Below are positions 43,232 to 52,816 of a stretch of DNA of 64,000 nt, piece after piece. The notes beneath the pieces are model-generated. The model did not search any database. It worked only from the letters and a program-made list of their open reading frames with translations, and had not been told where the DNA came from. This DNA comes from Verrucomicrobiales bacterium (GTDB lineage: Bacteria > Verrucomicrobiota > Verrucomicrobiia > Verrucomicrobiales > SLCJ01). Position 1 is the stretch's first letter. Each line of letters begins with the position of its first letter. The stretch lies in contig JBJTQJ010000112.1 of assembly GCA_046075565.1 (NCBI GenBank), positions 1 to 64,000 of the forward strand, given 5' to 3'. The position numbers were made by a program, and so were the translations under genes.

Positions 43232-43684
43232 ATGCCACAATCACTCTCCAATATTCTCATCCATTTGATCTGGAGCACGAATGACCGCCATCCGTGGCTT
43301 GTACCAGGCATGCGAGAGAAATCCCACGCCTTTCTCGCCGGAGCGGTGCGGCAATGTGATTGTGAGGCGTATCGAGTCGGTGGTGTGGCGGATCACGTGC
43401 ACCTGACGGTGCGTCTTTCCCGCACCTTGTCCGTGGCGGATCTGGTGAAGGAGGTGAAAACCACCTCCAGCAAATGGCTGAAGGAGCAAGGCCCCGCGTT
43501 CACGGACTTTTCCTGGCAACAGGGCTATGGCGCCTTCTCCGTGGGGATGAGTCAGAAGGAGGCGCTACTACAGTACATCGACACGCAGGAGGAGCACCAC
43601 CATACGCGGACCTTCCAGGATGAATACCGCGACTTCCTGAAGAAATACGGGATCGACTATGATGAACGGTATGTGTGGGACTGA
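43232..43684 (+). mobile_element. tnpA: IS200/IS605-like Y1 (HUH) transposase, REP-associated
   Basis: HLIWST, DHVH (HuH), WQQGYGAFSV, YIDTQEEHH; flanked by palindromes; no tnpB. Confidence 0.88.
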
Positions 43685-43837
43685 CCTCGCCGATGCGGCG
43701 ATATGCCGCTTCCTTCAGAATGCATCTATTGCGACGGATGCGGACGATTTCCGTGACTACGTGCTGATGTCGCGCGCTACCGGACCTGCTTTCCCGAGGT
43801 GGCCATCGCGCCGATCTGGTGTAGATTGCAGGCTCAC

Positions 43838-46315
43838 ATGCTCTCCGAGCCTCCAAGTCCAGAATTGCTTTCTCCCGCCGGAAATTGGGACTGCGCCAAA
43901 GCCGCGGTCGCCAACGGGGCTGATGCCATTTATTTCGGGCTGCCGCGATTTAACGCCCGGTTGCGGGCGGACAATTTCACCGAGGAAGATTTGCCGGAAT
44001 TGATGGATTGGCTGCACGCCCGGGGCACGCGCGGATTCGTGGCCATGAATACGCTCGTCTTCACCCGCGAGTTGGAGGAAGCTGCCGCACAACTCGAACG
44101 CCTCGAAGCGGCGAAGGTGGATGCCGTCATTATTCAGGATATCGGTCTTGCCGCGCTGGCCGCCCGCATCGCGCCGTCGGTGGAGATCCACGCTTCAACG
44201 CAGATGACCATCAGCTCGCCGGAAGGACTGGCTTTTGTGCGCGGGCTGGTGCCACTCGAACGGGCTGTGCTCGCACGCGAACTTTCCCTGCGCGAGATCG
44301 AAAGGTTCACCCGCACGGACGGGGAAAAGTCCGAACCGCTCGTGCCGATGGAGGTGTTTGTGCATGGCGCGCTCTGTGTCGCCTACTCCGGGCAATGCCT
44401 GACCTCGGAGGCGCTCGGGCAGCGCAGTGCGAATCGCGGTGAATGTGCCCAGGCCTGCCGGATGCCGTATGAGTTGCTCGTGGATGGTGAAAAGATCAAT
44501 CTTGGCGACCAACGTTATTTGCTCTCGCCGCAGGATCTGGCGGCCCATGATCAAATACCGGAACTGCTCGCGCGTGGGGTCGTGAGTTTCAAGATCGAAG
44601 GACGCCTCAAATCGCCCGAATATGTGGCTGCGGTCACGGCCGTTTACCGCAAGGCGCTTGACCGTGCGATGGCCGGTGCCCCGGCTCCGGCGAGCAAGGA
44701 TGATCGTTATGCCCTCGAAATGACTTTCTCCCGTGGTCTTACCCCGGGCTGGCTCACCGGAACAAACCATCCCGCACTCGTTCATGCTCGTTTCGGAAAA
44801 AAACGCGGAGCTTTGTTAGGAACGATTGCGCGTGTCGGCCCCGATTGGCTCGAACTGGATCGCGAGGTGCTTGCCATGCCCGAAGATGGCATCGTGATCG
44901 ACACCGGCGGCGATACCAACAATGAAACCGGCGGACGCATCGGGCGTGTGCAGGGCCGCAGGTTCCAGTTTCCCGCTGATCGGATCCAGCAGGCGCGTCC
45001 GCGCGCTGGAGATCGCATCTGGAAAACCAGCGACCCACGGCTGGATGCCCGCTTGCGCGAGACGTGGAAAGGCCGGATTGAGAACCGGCGCACCTTGCCG
45101 CTCGAGCTCGAAGTCAGTGGACGCGCGGGTGAAGCGCTGGTCATTCGGGAAAAGCGATCCGGAGCCACGGTCACCGGTGCGGACCTGTTGGTTGCCGCCG
45201 CGCCCGGAGCCCCCGCGCTTGGTGCCGATGTGCTGCGGGCCCAACTCGGTCGTCTCGGTGGCACGCCCTACCATCTCGGCAATCTGGACCTCGACCTGAA
45301 TGACCCGGTGTCCATGCCCGTGAGTGCGCTCAACCGACTCCGCCGCGCCCTCGTCGATGCGGTGGAGCGGGCCATGCGTCCATCTCGCGGCCCCGTGCTT
45401 TCGACCAAGGAAGCGATGGTTGCTTTGCTTCCGGTTGTCTCGGTAAATCAATCCCAAGCGGAGACAACGGTGCTTTCGGTGCTGGCGCGTAACCTCGAGC
45501 AAATTGAAGCGGCGCTCGATTGTGGCATCACGGAAATCCATGCCGACTTCGAAGACATCCGCCGGGGCAAAGACGCGGTCGCGCTGGTGCGTTCGCGGGA
45601 GTCGAGCGGAGCGGCCATCTTCCTGGCGACACCGCGCATTCAGAAATCCGGTGAGGCTGGATATTTCAAACTGATCGAACGCGCGCAACCGGATGGCGTG
45701 CTTTTGCGCAATCTCGGGGCCTTGGGATACTTCCGCGATCACCATGGGCTTCGGCGTCATGGTGACTTTTCTCTGAACATCGCCAATCCAATTACGGCTT
45801 CCCTTCTGCGTGAGGCCGCCCGTCTCGATCGGATGACCATCTCGTATGATCTGAACATCAACCAGGTGCTCGATCTGCTCTCCGGCGCTCCGCCCTCATG
45901 GTTCGAGCTGACCTTGCACCAACACATGCCGATGTTTCACATGGAGCATTGCGTCTTCTGCACTTTTTTGTCCAAAGGAACCGACTTCACCAACTGCGGG
46001 CGCCCATGCGACAACCATCAGGTGCTCATGCGTGATCGGGTTGGCATGAAACACGTGCTTCTCGCCGATGTCGGCTGCCGCAACACTCTCTTCCACGGGC
46101 AAGCGCAAACCGGCGCCCAATTTCTTCCTTCGCTGCTCAAAGCGGGGTTGCCCCACTACCGTCTCGAACTCCTCACCGAAGACCGCGAGCGCGCGATGGG
46201 TGTCATCCGGCTCTATCAGGATTTGTTCGCCGGTCGGGCAAATCCCGCCACCGCTTGGCGTACGCTCAAGGCGACGGCCCAACTCGGGGTGACGGAGGGC
46301 ACGCTGGTAGGTTGA
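43838..46315 (+). CDS. U32 family Fe-S protein with DUF3656-like region (RlhA-like RNA hydroxylase)
   Basis: ELLSPAG, HASTQ, HGALCVAYSGQC, NRGECAQACR, KIEGRLK; C-terminal Cys cluster. Confidence 0.8.
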   Translation: MLSEPPSPELLSPAGNWDCAKAAVANGADAIYFGLPRFNARLRADNFTEEDLPELMDWLHARGTRGFVAMNTLVFTRELEEAAAQLERLEAAKVDAVIIQDIGLAALAARIAPSVEIHASTQMTISSPEGLAFVRGLVPLERAVLARELSLREIERFTRTDGEKSEPLVPMEVFVHGALCVAYSGQCLTSEALGQRSANRGECAQACRMPYELLVDGEKINLGDQRYLLSPQDLAAHDQIPELLARGVVSFKIEGRLKSPEYVAAVTAVYRKALDRAMAGAPAPASKDDRYALEMTFSRGLTPGWLTGTNHPALVHARFGKKRGALLGTIARVGPDWLELDREVLAMPEDGIVIDTGGDTNNETGGRIGRVQGRRFQFPADRIQQARPRAGDRIWKTSDPRLDARLRETWKGRIENRRTLPLELEVSGRAGEALVIREKRSGATVTGADLLVAAAPGAPALGADVLRAQLGRLGGTPYHLGNLDLDLNDPVSMPVSALNRLRRALVDAVERAMRPSRGPVLSTKEAMVALLPVVSVNQSQAETTVLSVLARNLEQIEAALDCGITEIHADFEDIRRGKDAVALVRSRESSGAAIFLATPRIQKSGEAGYFKLIERAQPDGVLLRNLGALGYFRDHHGLRRHGDFSLNIANPITASLLREAARLDRMTISYDLNINQVLDLLSGAPPSWFELTLHQHMPMFHMEHCVFCTFLSKGTDFTNCGRPCDNHQVLMRDRVGMKHVLLADVGCRNTLFHGQAQTGAQFLPSLLKAGLPHYRLELLTEDRERAMGVIRLYQDLFAGRANPATAWRTLKATAQLGVTEGTLVG

Positions 46316-46337
46316 GATTGCGGGGGATGACATCAGT

Positions 46338-46495
46338 GCATGAGCGCCGCAGGCTCTCGGACGGCTGGGATTCTTCCCAGTTCTTGAGGGCGAGGTGACA
46401 ACACACTCAAAGCGGTGGAGGAACCACCGCAGTCCAAAGCCTCCGGCGGTAAGATGCGGGTCGGTTCATAAGCACCGCAGGCTCTCGGACCGTGG
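46338..46495. repeat. REP-like palindromic repeats (family 1)
   Basis: Near-copies of both units at 19117-19256; convergent intergenic region. Confidence 0.75.
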
Positions 46496-46547
46496 GTGAA
46501 CCAAGAGAATCAAACATCCTGACTTTGCTCCCGGGAGCGATTCACCA

Positions 46548-47501
46548 TCACTCCTCCGCTTCGATGAAGACATCGACCTGTTGGCCGACATACACCGGAG
46601 GGTTTTCTGGAGGCGTCATGGAGTAGATCACCTGCAAGACCCGCGTATCCACCCGCTCGGTGCTGGCGCCGGTCAGCGATACTTTGGGGATGACGTATGG
46701 TTCGATGCGGTCGAATACCAAGGGGAAGGAGATTTCCGGTTTGCCCCTTAGGCTAGCCCGGGCGGCCTTGCCGGGGCGGACGCGCGTGGCGCTTTGTTCA
46801 TCAATGTCCACGCGCACCTGAAGTTTGTCGGTATCACCGATGATCATGGCCGGTGCCTTTGGTATGGTGCCGGCGAATTCGCCTTCCCTGATATTCACCT
46901 GAAGAACCGTACCATCGCGGGAAGCCCGCACCGTGAGGCGCTCGATCAGTGCTTCCACTTTCGCCCGTGCGGCCGAGGCTGCGGTAAGACTGGCACGGGC
47001 AGCGGCGAGCCGGGCTACGGCCACGCGCACGTCGTTGCGGCGATTGTCGAGGTCTTCGACACTGAAAGCCCTCGTGTCCTTGATGGCATTCAGGCGCTCG
47101 AACTGTGCTTCGATTTTTTTCAGCAGCGCCTCTTCCACCGCAATCTGTGATTGCGCCACGGCGATTTCCCCATCGATGGCCGGTAGTTCCGCGCGGAGAT
47201 CTCGATCATCAAGTTGGAACAACGGGTCGCCCTTTTTGACCTCCTGGTTCACCTTGACGGATACTGCTGCCACCAAACCGGGCGCCGGCACACCTACGGC
47301 GACGTTTTCACTCGAGGCTTCGAGGATGCCGGTGCCGGCCACGGATGACTTGAAGGGTTTCTCGGGTGGGGCGATTGGCGGTTCACCGGCAGGTGGCATC
47401 TGTTTGTCTTGTTGGACTTGGGCCACCACGGCAATGGCATAGAAGCCTCCCAGGGCAAGCAAGATGGTGGCGTAGCGGATGAATTTGGATAGCAGATTCA
47501 T
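46548..47501 (-). CDS. HlyD-family periplasmic adaptor
   Basis: N-terminal TM, lipoyl-like halves, coiled coil, ERVDTRVLQV. Confidence 0.85.
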   Translation of the reverse strand: MNLLSKFIRYATILLALGGFYAIAVVAQVQQDKQMPPAGEPPIAPPEKPFKSSVAGTGILEASSENVAVGVPAPGLVAAVSVKVNQEVKKGDPLFQLDDRDLRAELPAIDGEIAVAQSQIAVEEALLKKIEAQFERLNAIKDTRAFSVEDLDNRRNDVRVAVARLAAARASLTAASAARAKVEALIERLTVRASRDGTVLQVNIREGEFAGTIPKAPAMIIGDTDKLQVRVDIDEQSATRVRPGKAARASLRGKPEISFPLVFDRIEPYVIPKVSLTGASTERVDTRVLQVIYSMTPPENPPVYVGQQVDVFIEAEE

Positions 47502-47506
47502 GGTAG

Positions 47507-48268
47507 TCAGGGCAGGTGGACGGGAACGGTCTCGTGAACAAAATGGGGTGTGTCGTCCGGGCTTTTGGCCTCGATACCGACGATCATCCCATCGTCCATG
47601 CGGGCGATGCGATCGGCATAGGAGAAAATACGATTGTCATGGGTGACGATGATTACGGCGCGGCCGGGTGTGCGGGCGACATTCCGGAAGAGATCGAGCA
47701 CGATTTCACCGTTCTGGGCATCAAGCGCGGCTGTCGGTTCATCACAGATCACCAGTGGCGGCTCATGGACGAGAGCGCGCGCGATGGCTACCCGTTGCTG
47801 TTGTCCGCCGGACAGTTTGGCCGGTCGTTCGCTCCAGCGGTCTGCCATACCGACGGCATCCAGTACTTCCTTCGCTTTCCGGATGGCTTTTCCCTGGCCG
47901 AATCCTTGGATCAATAGCGGGACACTCACATTCTCCGCGATGTTGAGGGTCGGGATCAGATTGAATTGCTGGAAGATGAATCCGATGTTTTTGGCGCGGA
48001 AAGCGGTCAAGGCGAGACCGCTCATGCTGTGGAGCGGATGCCCGAAGACTTCCACCTGTCCGGCGTCGGGGCGCAGGGTGCCGGAGATCGTGCTCAGCAA
48101 GGTGGTCTTTCCGCATCCCGAGGGACCGACCAGCATGAGGATCTCGCCATTCATGGCCTGCAAATCCACTTCCTTGAGGACATGGAGCTTCGCTGCCCCG
48201 GTGCCGAAACTTTTTTCTACACCATGGACATTCACCACGATTGCCGAAGCTTGGGATGGATCAGGCAC
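47507..48268 (-). CDS. ABC transporter ATP-binding protein
   Basis: GPSGCGKT, LSGGQQQR, DEPT. Confidence 0.92.
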   Translation of the reverse strand: MPDPSQASAIVVNVHGVEKSFGTGAAKLHVLKEVDLQAMNGEILMLVGPSGCGKTTLLSTISGTLRPDAGQVEVFGHPLHSMSGLALTAFRAKNIGFIFQQFNLIPTLNIAENVSVPLLIQGFGQGKAIRKAKEVLDAVGMADRWSERPAKLSGGQQQRVAIARALVHEPPLVICDEPTAALDAQNGEIVLDLFRNVARTPGRAVIIVTHDNRIFSYADRIARMDDGMIVGIEAKSPDDTPHFVHETVPVHLP

Positions 48269-49421
48269 GGAAAACCATGGCGGGTTGATAGAGGCCGAGC
48301 CGGACTACTCCGAGCAGGGCGGCGAGGAAACAAATCAATTGGATCACGCAAAAGGCGGCGATGGGCACGATCGTCGGCATGTAGAATGGCGGTTGGCCGT
48401 TCTCGAGGGCTCCGGAGGCGAAGGCGGAAGTGAAAAGCAATCCGATCCCGAAGCCGATGATCCCGACGGTGATGGACTGGAACCACAACATCAAACTGAG
48501 GCGGAAATTCGACGTGCCCATGGCCTTGAGAGCACCGAAGTTTTTCAGGTTGTCGAGCACGAAGGCATAGAATGTCTGGCAGGCGATGGCGATCCCGACG
48601 ATGAATCCGATGACCACGGTCGTGCCGAAGGAAATCGGGATGCCGGTATTCCTGACATACCACCAGATGGTCGAGGTGTTGAAGTCGTTGGGGTTCGATC
48701 CGAAGTCGCGGTTCACGAAGGCGCGCAAGCCGGTCTTTTTCGCAATTTCCGCGGCGGCCGTATCAGGGTCCATGCCCGCGATGGGCGCGGCCAGCACGGC
48801 TGAAAGCATCTTGCGCTGTGGCGGGGTGTATTGCAGAGCGCGTTCGTAGGTGGTCCAAATGTAGGGTCCACCGGTGAACGAGCGCATGGCATCACAGATT
48901 CCGACCACGCGGGCTTCGATGTCATTGATCTCGAATGTCGAACCGATGCCAATCGGTTTGTTCTTGTCCGTAGACAATCTTTCGATGGCAATCTTGTCGA
49001 TGATTACGGTGTTGGGTAGGCGCAGGTCCTCCAGACGGCCTTCCGTGATGCGGACCGGTCCGCCCGCGAAGGAAGCGGCATCGACGCCGAGCAGTTGCAC
49101 CGTTTGGAAATTTCCATTTTCCAATCGAACCTTCTGCATGCCGGAATAGAGGGGCATGGCCCAGCGAACCGCCCCTACGGATCGCACCAACGCCACATCC
49201 GTGTCTCGGAGAGGATTCATTTCGTTGACCTGCTCCACCTTTGGTTCGACGACGTAAATCGGAGCACCGACATTTTTGACCGTCGCGGTCGTCCAGCGGA
49301 TGAGGCCGCAGAAGACGGAAGCCTGCTGGACCATCAAGAAAGTGGCGAAAACGATGCCAGCCAACAGCATCAAATACTTCGCCGTGTCACCGAAAAGCAT
49401 CCTGATGGCGAGGCGAAACAT
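48261..49421 (-). CDS. ABC exporter permease (FtsX/MacB/DevC-like)
   Basis: Large periplasmic loop, LKAMG, C-terminal TMs. Confidence 0.85.
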   Translation of the reverse strand: MFRLAIRMLFGDTAKYLMLLAGIVFATFLMVQQASVFCGLIRWTTATVKNVGAPIYVVEPKVEQVNEMNPLRDTDVALVRSVGAVRWAMPLYSGMQKVRLENGNFQTVQLLGVDAASFAGGPVRITEGRLEDLRLPNTVIIDKIAIERLSTDKNKPIGIGSTFEINDIEARVVGICDAMRSFTGGPYIWTTYERALQYTPPQRKMLSAVLAAPIAGMDPDTAAAEIAKKTGLRAFVNRDFGSNPNDFNTSTIWWYVRNTGIPISFGTTVVIGFIVGIAIACQTFYAFVLDNLKNFGALKAMGTSNFRLSLMLWFQSITVGIIGFGIGLLFTSAFASGALENGQPPFYMPTIVPIAAFCVIQLICFLAALLGVVRLGLYQPAMVFRA

Positions 49422-49511
49422 GAATTGAAGAAGAGTCGGTTGGGAGGAACTGACATTAAACGTCGGAGCCGCGCGCCAGGATACGGAACATTGGCGCTTC
49501 GCTGCCAGGAC

Positions 49512-51428
49512 TCAAGGCGCGGCAGGGCCCGAGTCGGCTTGCCCGGGCACTTTACCCCATTCGGCGAGGGGACGGGCGAGCACATGGTTCCACTGATCTG
49601 GATTGTCTTTGTAGTCGCGGATGCGGAAGAGGTATCCGTCGGCGGTATTGACCCAGAGGCTTGAACCGCGCTGAATTTCGCCGATGCGGATGGGATCGGA
49701 TTTGCCCTCCCAGGTTCCTCCCGGGGGTTCGCGCACCAGGTAAGTGATACCATCATCCCATCTTTCAAGATTCGGCAACTTGTAGGAAATGACAAACATC
49801 CATAGACAGATCGCGGCGGTGAGCAACGACGCGGTGGTGGACTCGCGCCATTTCAATTTCGTGCCGATTTTTCCAGCAAAGGAATCGATCCCGGCTGCCC
49901 AGGCCAGCAGGACGGCGGGGAGAATGTAAATGATATACCAGTGGAACAGTGAGTATCCGGTGAAGAAGTAGTGGTGCAAAACCATGAGCACCCCCGAACC
50001 AGCGGCGGCCAACAGAAATCCGGCGCGGAACCGACCCTTTTTCCACAGCGAAATCCAGCCGCTGATGAAGAAGAACAGAGTAACAAAGGTAAGCAGGCAG
50101 ATCGGCCACATCCTCGGGAAGTGGGTGAAGAACCATTCCACGTGGGTCGGTCCCTGCCATTCGGGCGGCGCAAACACTTGGTCGTAGATGGGCATGAGGC
50201 CGGTGGCGTAGGTCACCGTCGCACCGAGGAGCCAACTGAACCCGAGATTGCCCTGCGGAAATTTCTCCTGGAACTCTGCCACGGCCTGGGGGATGGCCGG
50301 CGAGACGATCCAGAGGTAGAGCAAGCCGGCGGCGGCATTCGCCACCACGCAGCGTGCCAAGGCAGTCAGGGCATGCGGGTCCTTTTGTTTGAACCAACGC
50401 CAGAGCAGGGTGGCCGCGACGAAGAGATTAACCGTGGCGACAAAATACAGCGAACCCGGGTAACTGAAGACAGAAAGGAAAACGAGAGAACCAAAGGCGA
50501 ACCAATCCCGCGCTCTTCCTATCTGCAATGCCCGCCAGGCGAAGCCAAGAAGAAGCGAGGCCATGAAGAGGTTCAATCCGTAGCCCCGGGCTTCAACGGA
50601 ATGGTGGAGGGCAAGCCCGTGCACGACCATGAGAGCCGCAGCGATGGGAGCAAGACGGGTCAGACCGATTTGTCGTGCGAACCAGAAGACGGATGCGATG
50701 GCGAGCCAGCCGAAGAGCAGGGAAGGAAAACGCATGGCGGACAGGTCGGTGCGTTCCCTGGACATTCCCGTGATGAACCTCCACGTCGTCTGGGAAACTT
50801 GGCTGAGGACACTGAAGAAATAGGGGTTATTGACCCGCTCGTTTTCCCAGACGGCATGGGAGAACCCCGCTTCAACCCATTCGGGGGCTTTTCCCGGCTC
50901 GCGGAAATCGAGATAACCGTGGTAGTTCCGCCGCATGTTGTCCTGCTCGTCATAGGTCGGGTGTTGCGATGCCGCGGGCCAACGCAAAGCGGCTCCGAGC
51001 ACGAGAAGCAAACCAAGAAGGATCCATGAATGGCGATCCATTTTTGGCCCGACTTCACCGGGGCCCGTGGGTGGTCCGGAGAGAAATCGCCCCCACCACC
51101 AAGCCGTGGCCGCGCCCACTAGCGAGAGGGCAAGCACAACGGTGCTCGACAAGCACATGCCAATCCGGCTCCAGTCCCGCACCTTGAGCGAACTCCGTGC
51201 GGGGTCCTCGACATTGGTAGAGACCTCGACCAGCCGCTGGTATTTTTCGACGAGTCCGAGTTGGGCGGGCTTTTCAACGCCGTAGAGGTTGCTGCCCAGC
51301 TTGCCGCTCCATGGAATGTCGATTCCCCGCAGGATGAGTATCGCGATGACGGCCACCGCCAAACACGCCACGGTGGCGTAAAGGGGGGCGCGTGAGCGGG
51401 AAGCGGAGTTCGGAACCGTCGTGGGCAT
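49512..51428 (-). CDS. multi-pass GT-C-like membrane glycosyltransferase (PMT/ArnT-like)
   Basis: TYDEQ, NNPYFF, MRFPSL, HSVEARGYG; divergent from the PP-loop cluster. Confidence 0.65.
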   Translation of the reverse strand: MPTTVPNSASRSRAPLYATVACLAVAVIAILILRGIDIPWSGKLGSNLYGVEKPAQLGLVEKYQRLVEVSTNVEDPARSSLKVRDWSRIGMCLSSTVVLALSLVGAATAWWWGRFLSGPPTGPGEVGPKMDRHSWILLGLLLVLGAALRWPAASQHPTYDEQDNMRRNYHGYLDFREPGKAPEWVEAGFSHAVWENERVNNPYFFSVLSQVSQTTWRFITGMSRERTDLSAMRFPSLLFGWLAIASVFWFARQIGLTRLAPIAAALMVVHGLALHHSVEARGYGLNLFMASLLLGFAWRALQIGRARDWFAFGSLVFLSVFSYPGSLYFVATVNLFVAATLLWRWFKQKDPHALTALARCVVANAAAGLLYLWIVSPAIPQAVAEFQEKFPQGNLGFSWLLGATVTYATGLMPIYDQVFAPPEWQGPTHVEWFFTHFPRMWPICLLTFVTLFFFISGWISLWKKGRFRAGFLLAAAGSGVLMVLHHYFFTGYSLFHWYIIYILPAVLLAWAAGIDSFAGKIGTKLKWRESTTASLLTAAICLWMFVISYKLPNLERWDDGITYLVREPPGGTWEGKSDPIRIGEIQRGSSLWVNTADGYLFRIRDYKDNPDQWNHVLARPLAEWGKVPGQADSGPAAP

Positions 51429-51526
51429 AGCCGGGAATGATCGCCATGGATGCCCCGGAAATCAAGCGCGCCATCCTTTTCCGGCGGTACCCTTGACAGT
51501 TCGCGAAGATTTGGCAGGCTCCCCGA

Positions 51527-52816
51527 ATGGATTCCCCTCCCCTGACTTTCCGGATTCTACCGCGGCGCCAGCAGCGGGATGATGGAGGTTGGCGCGTGGA
51601 ATTCGACATCCGCGCCGGGGAGCGACAACAGTTGGTGACCTACGATTTTCCGGCGGCCTTGGGTGAACCGGAGACGGATGACGCGGTGGTGCCCGTGGGT
51701 TTATTTGCCGCCATGGCACATCGTTTGCCCTTTGTGGTGGAGAATCCAGTGGACGAAAGATTGGCCGAAGATGCGATCATCGCGATGGATCTCGCGGGCG
51801 AGTGGTGGTCGGAGGCATTGGCGGCTGTGCCGCTTGATTTCCCAATCCGGCCCGCCACCACACCGGTGCCGGGACGAGGCTGAGCGGCATTCTTCACCGG
51901 CGGGGTCGATTCATGGAACACCTTGCTGCGGCATGAAAAGGAGATCACCCACCTGATCTATGTGCATGGGTTCGATGTTCCCGGCCAGACGAAAGAAGAA
52001 GAAGCTCTGGTGGGAAGGCGCGTGCGCGAGGCGGCGGCGGCGAGGGGATTCACGTTGCATGAAATCCACACCGATCATCGCGAAGCCGGCGAAGAGCTGG
52101 TAGGGGATTTCAAATTCAGCCACGGAGCCATGCTCGCGGCCGTTGGATTGATGCTGACCAGAACAATCGACACCGTTTATATCGCCAGCTCGAACCAGTA
52201 TTGCCAGATGTTCCCGCACGGATCCACATGGATGCTCGATCCTCTATGGACCACGAATCATGTCCAAATCCGTTACGACGGAGCGCAAAGATGTCGTGCT
52301 GGCAAGGCTCTTGATTTGGCGAGAGGTCATCCCGATTTGCTTCCCCATCTGATTGTTTGTCGGGATGGTTACCTGAAGGGGAAGAATTGCGGGCACTGCG
52401 AGAAGTGCCTGCGGACCATGCTGGCCGTGCACTTCGCAGGCATTGATGATCTGTCCCCCGCATTTGATCGCGACCTCGATCGTTCTGCGGTCGCCGAAAC
52501 CCGTTTTTCGGGCACTTGGATAAGTGATATTTACCAAAAGACTCTCGAGATCGGGAAAACCCACCGCCCCGATTCACCATTCCTTCCGGCCCTGGAGAAT
52601 TGTTTGCTCGAAAAGAATACCCGGCTTCTGCTTGCCAGATTGGCCGAGACCGGTGACGCGGCGATCGAATCCGCGCCGGCGTCGAAATAGCTCAAGGGCA
52701 TCCGCGATCCACTCTGGCGCCATTGGTCGTCGCATGCCCGCAAATGGCTTGACCAGAAGATGGGTGCCGTGGTCAACTCCGACCCCGCTCGCGCCACGAG
52801 GGCCCTTTGGTCATGA
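51527..52816 (+). pseudogene. QueC-like PP-loop/Cys4 protein P1 interrupted by two in-frame stops
   Basis: Single frame: GRG*(TGA 51881-51883)AAFFTGGVDS...VC..NCGHCEKCLRT...ASK*(TAG 52688-52690)LKGIRDPLW...W..QK; similarity to P2 continues across both stops. Confidence 0.75.

Noticed and set aside
51881-51883. Selenocysteine or alternative-code readthrough of the TGA in P1 (it aligns near a Cys in P5)
   Set aside because: There is no convincing SECIS-like hairpin, and the aligned residue varies among paralogs. The same gene also has a TAG, and TGA/TAG act as normal stops throughout the window.
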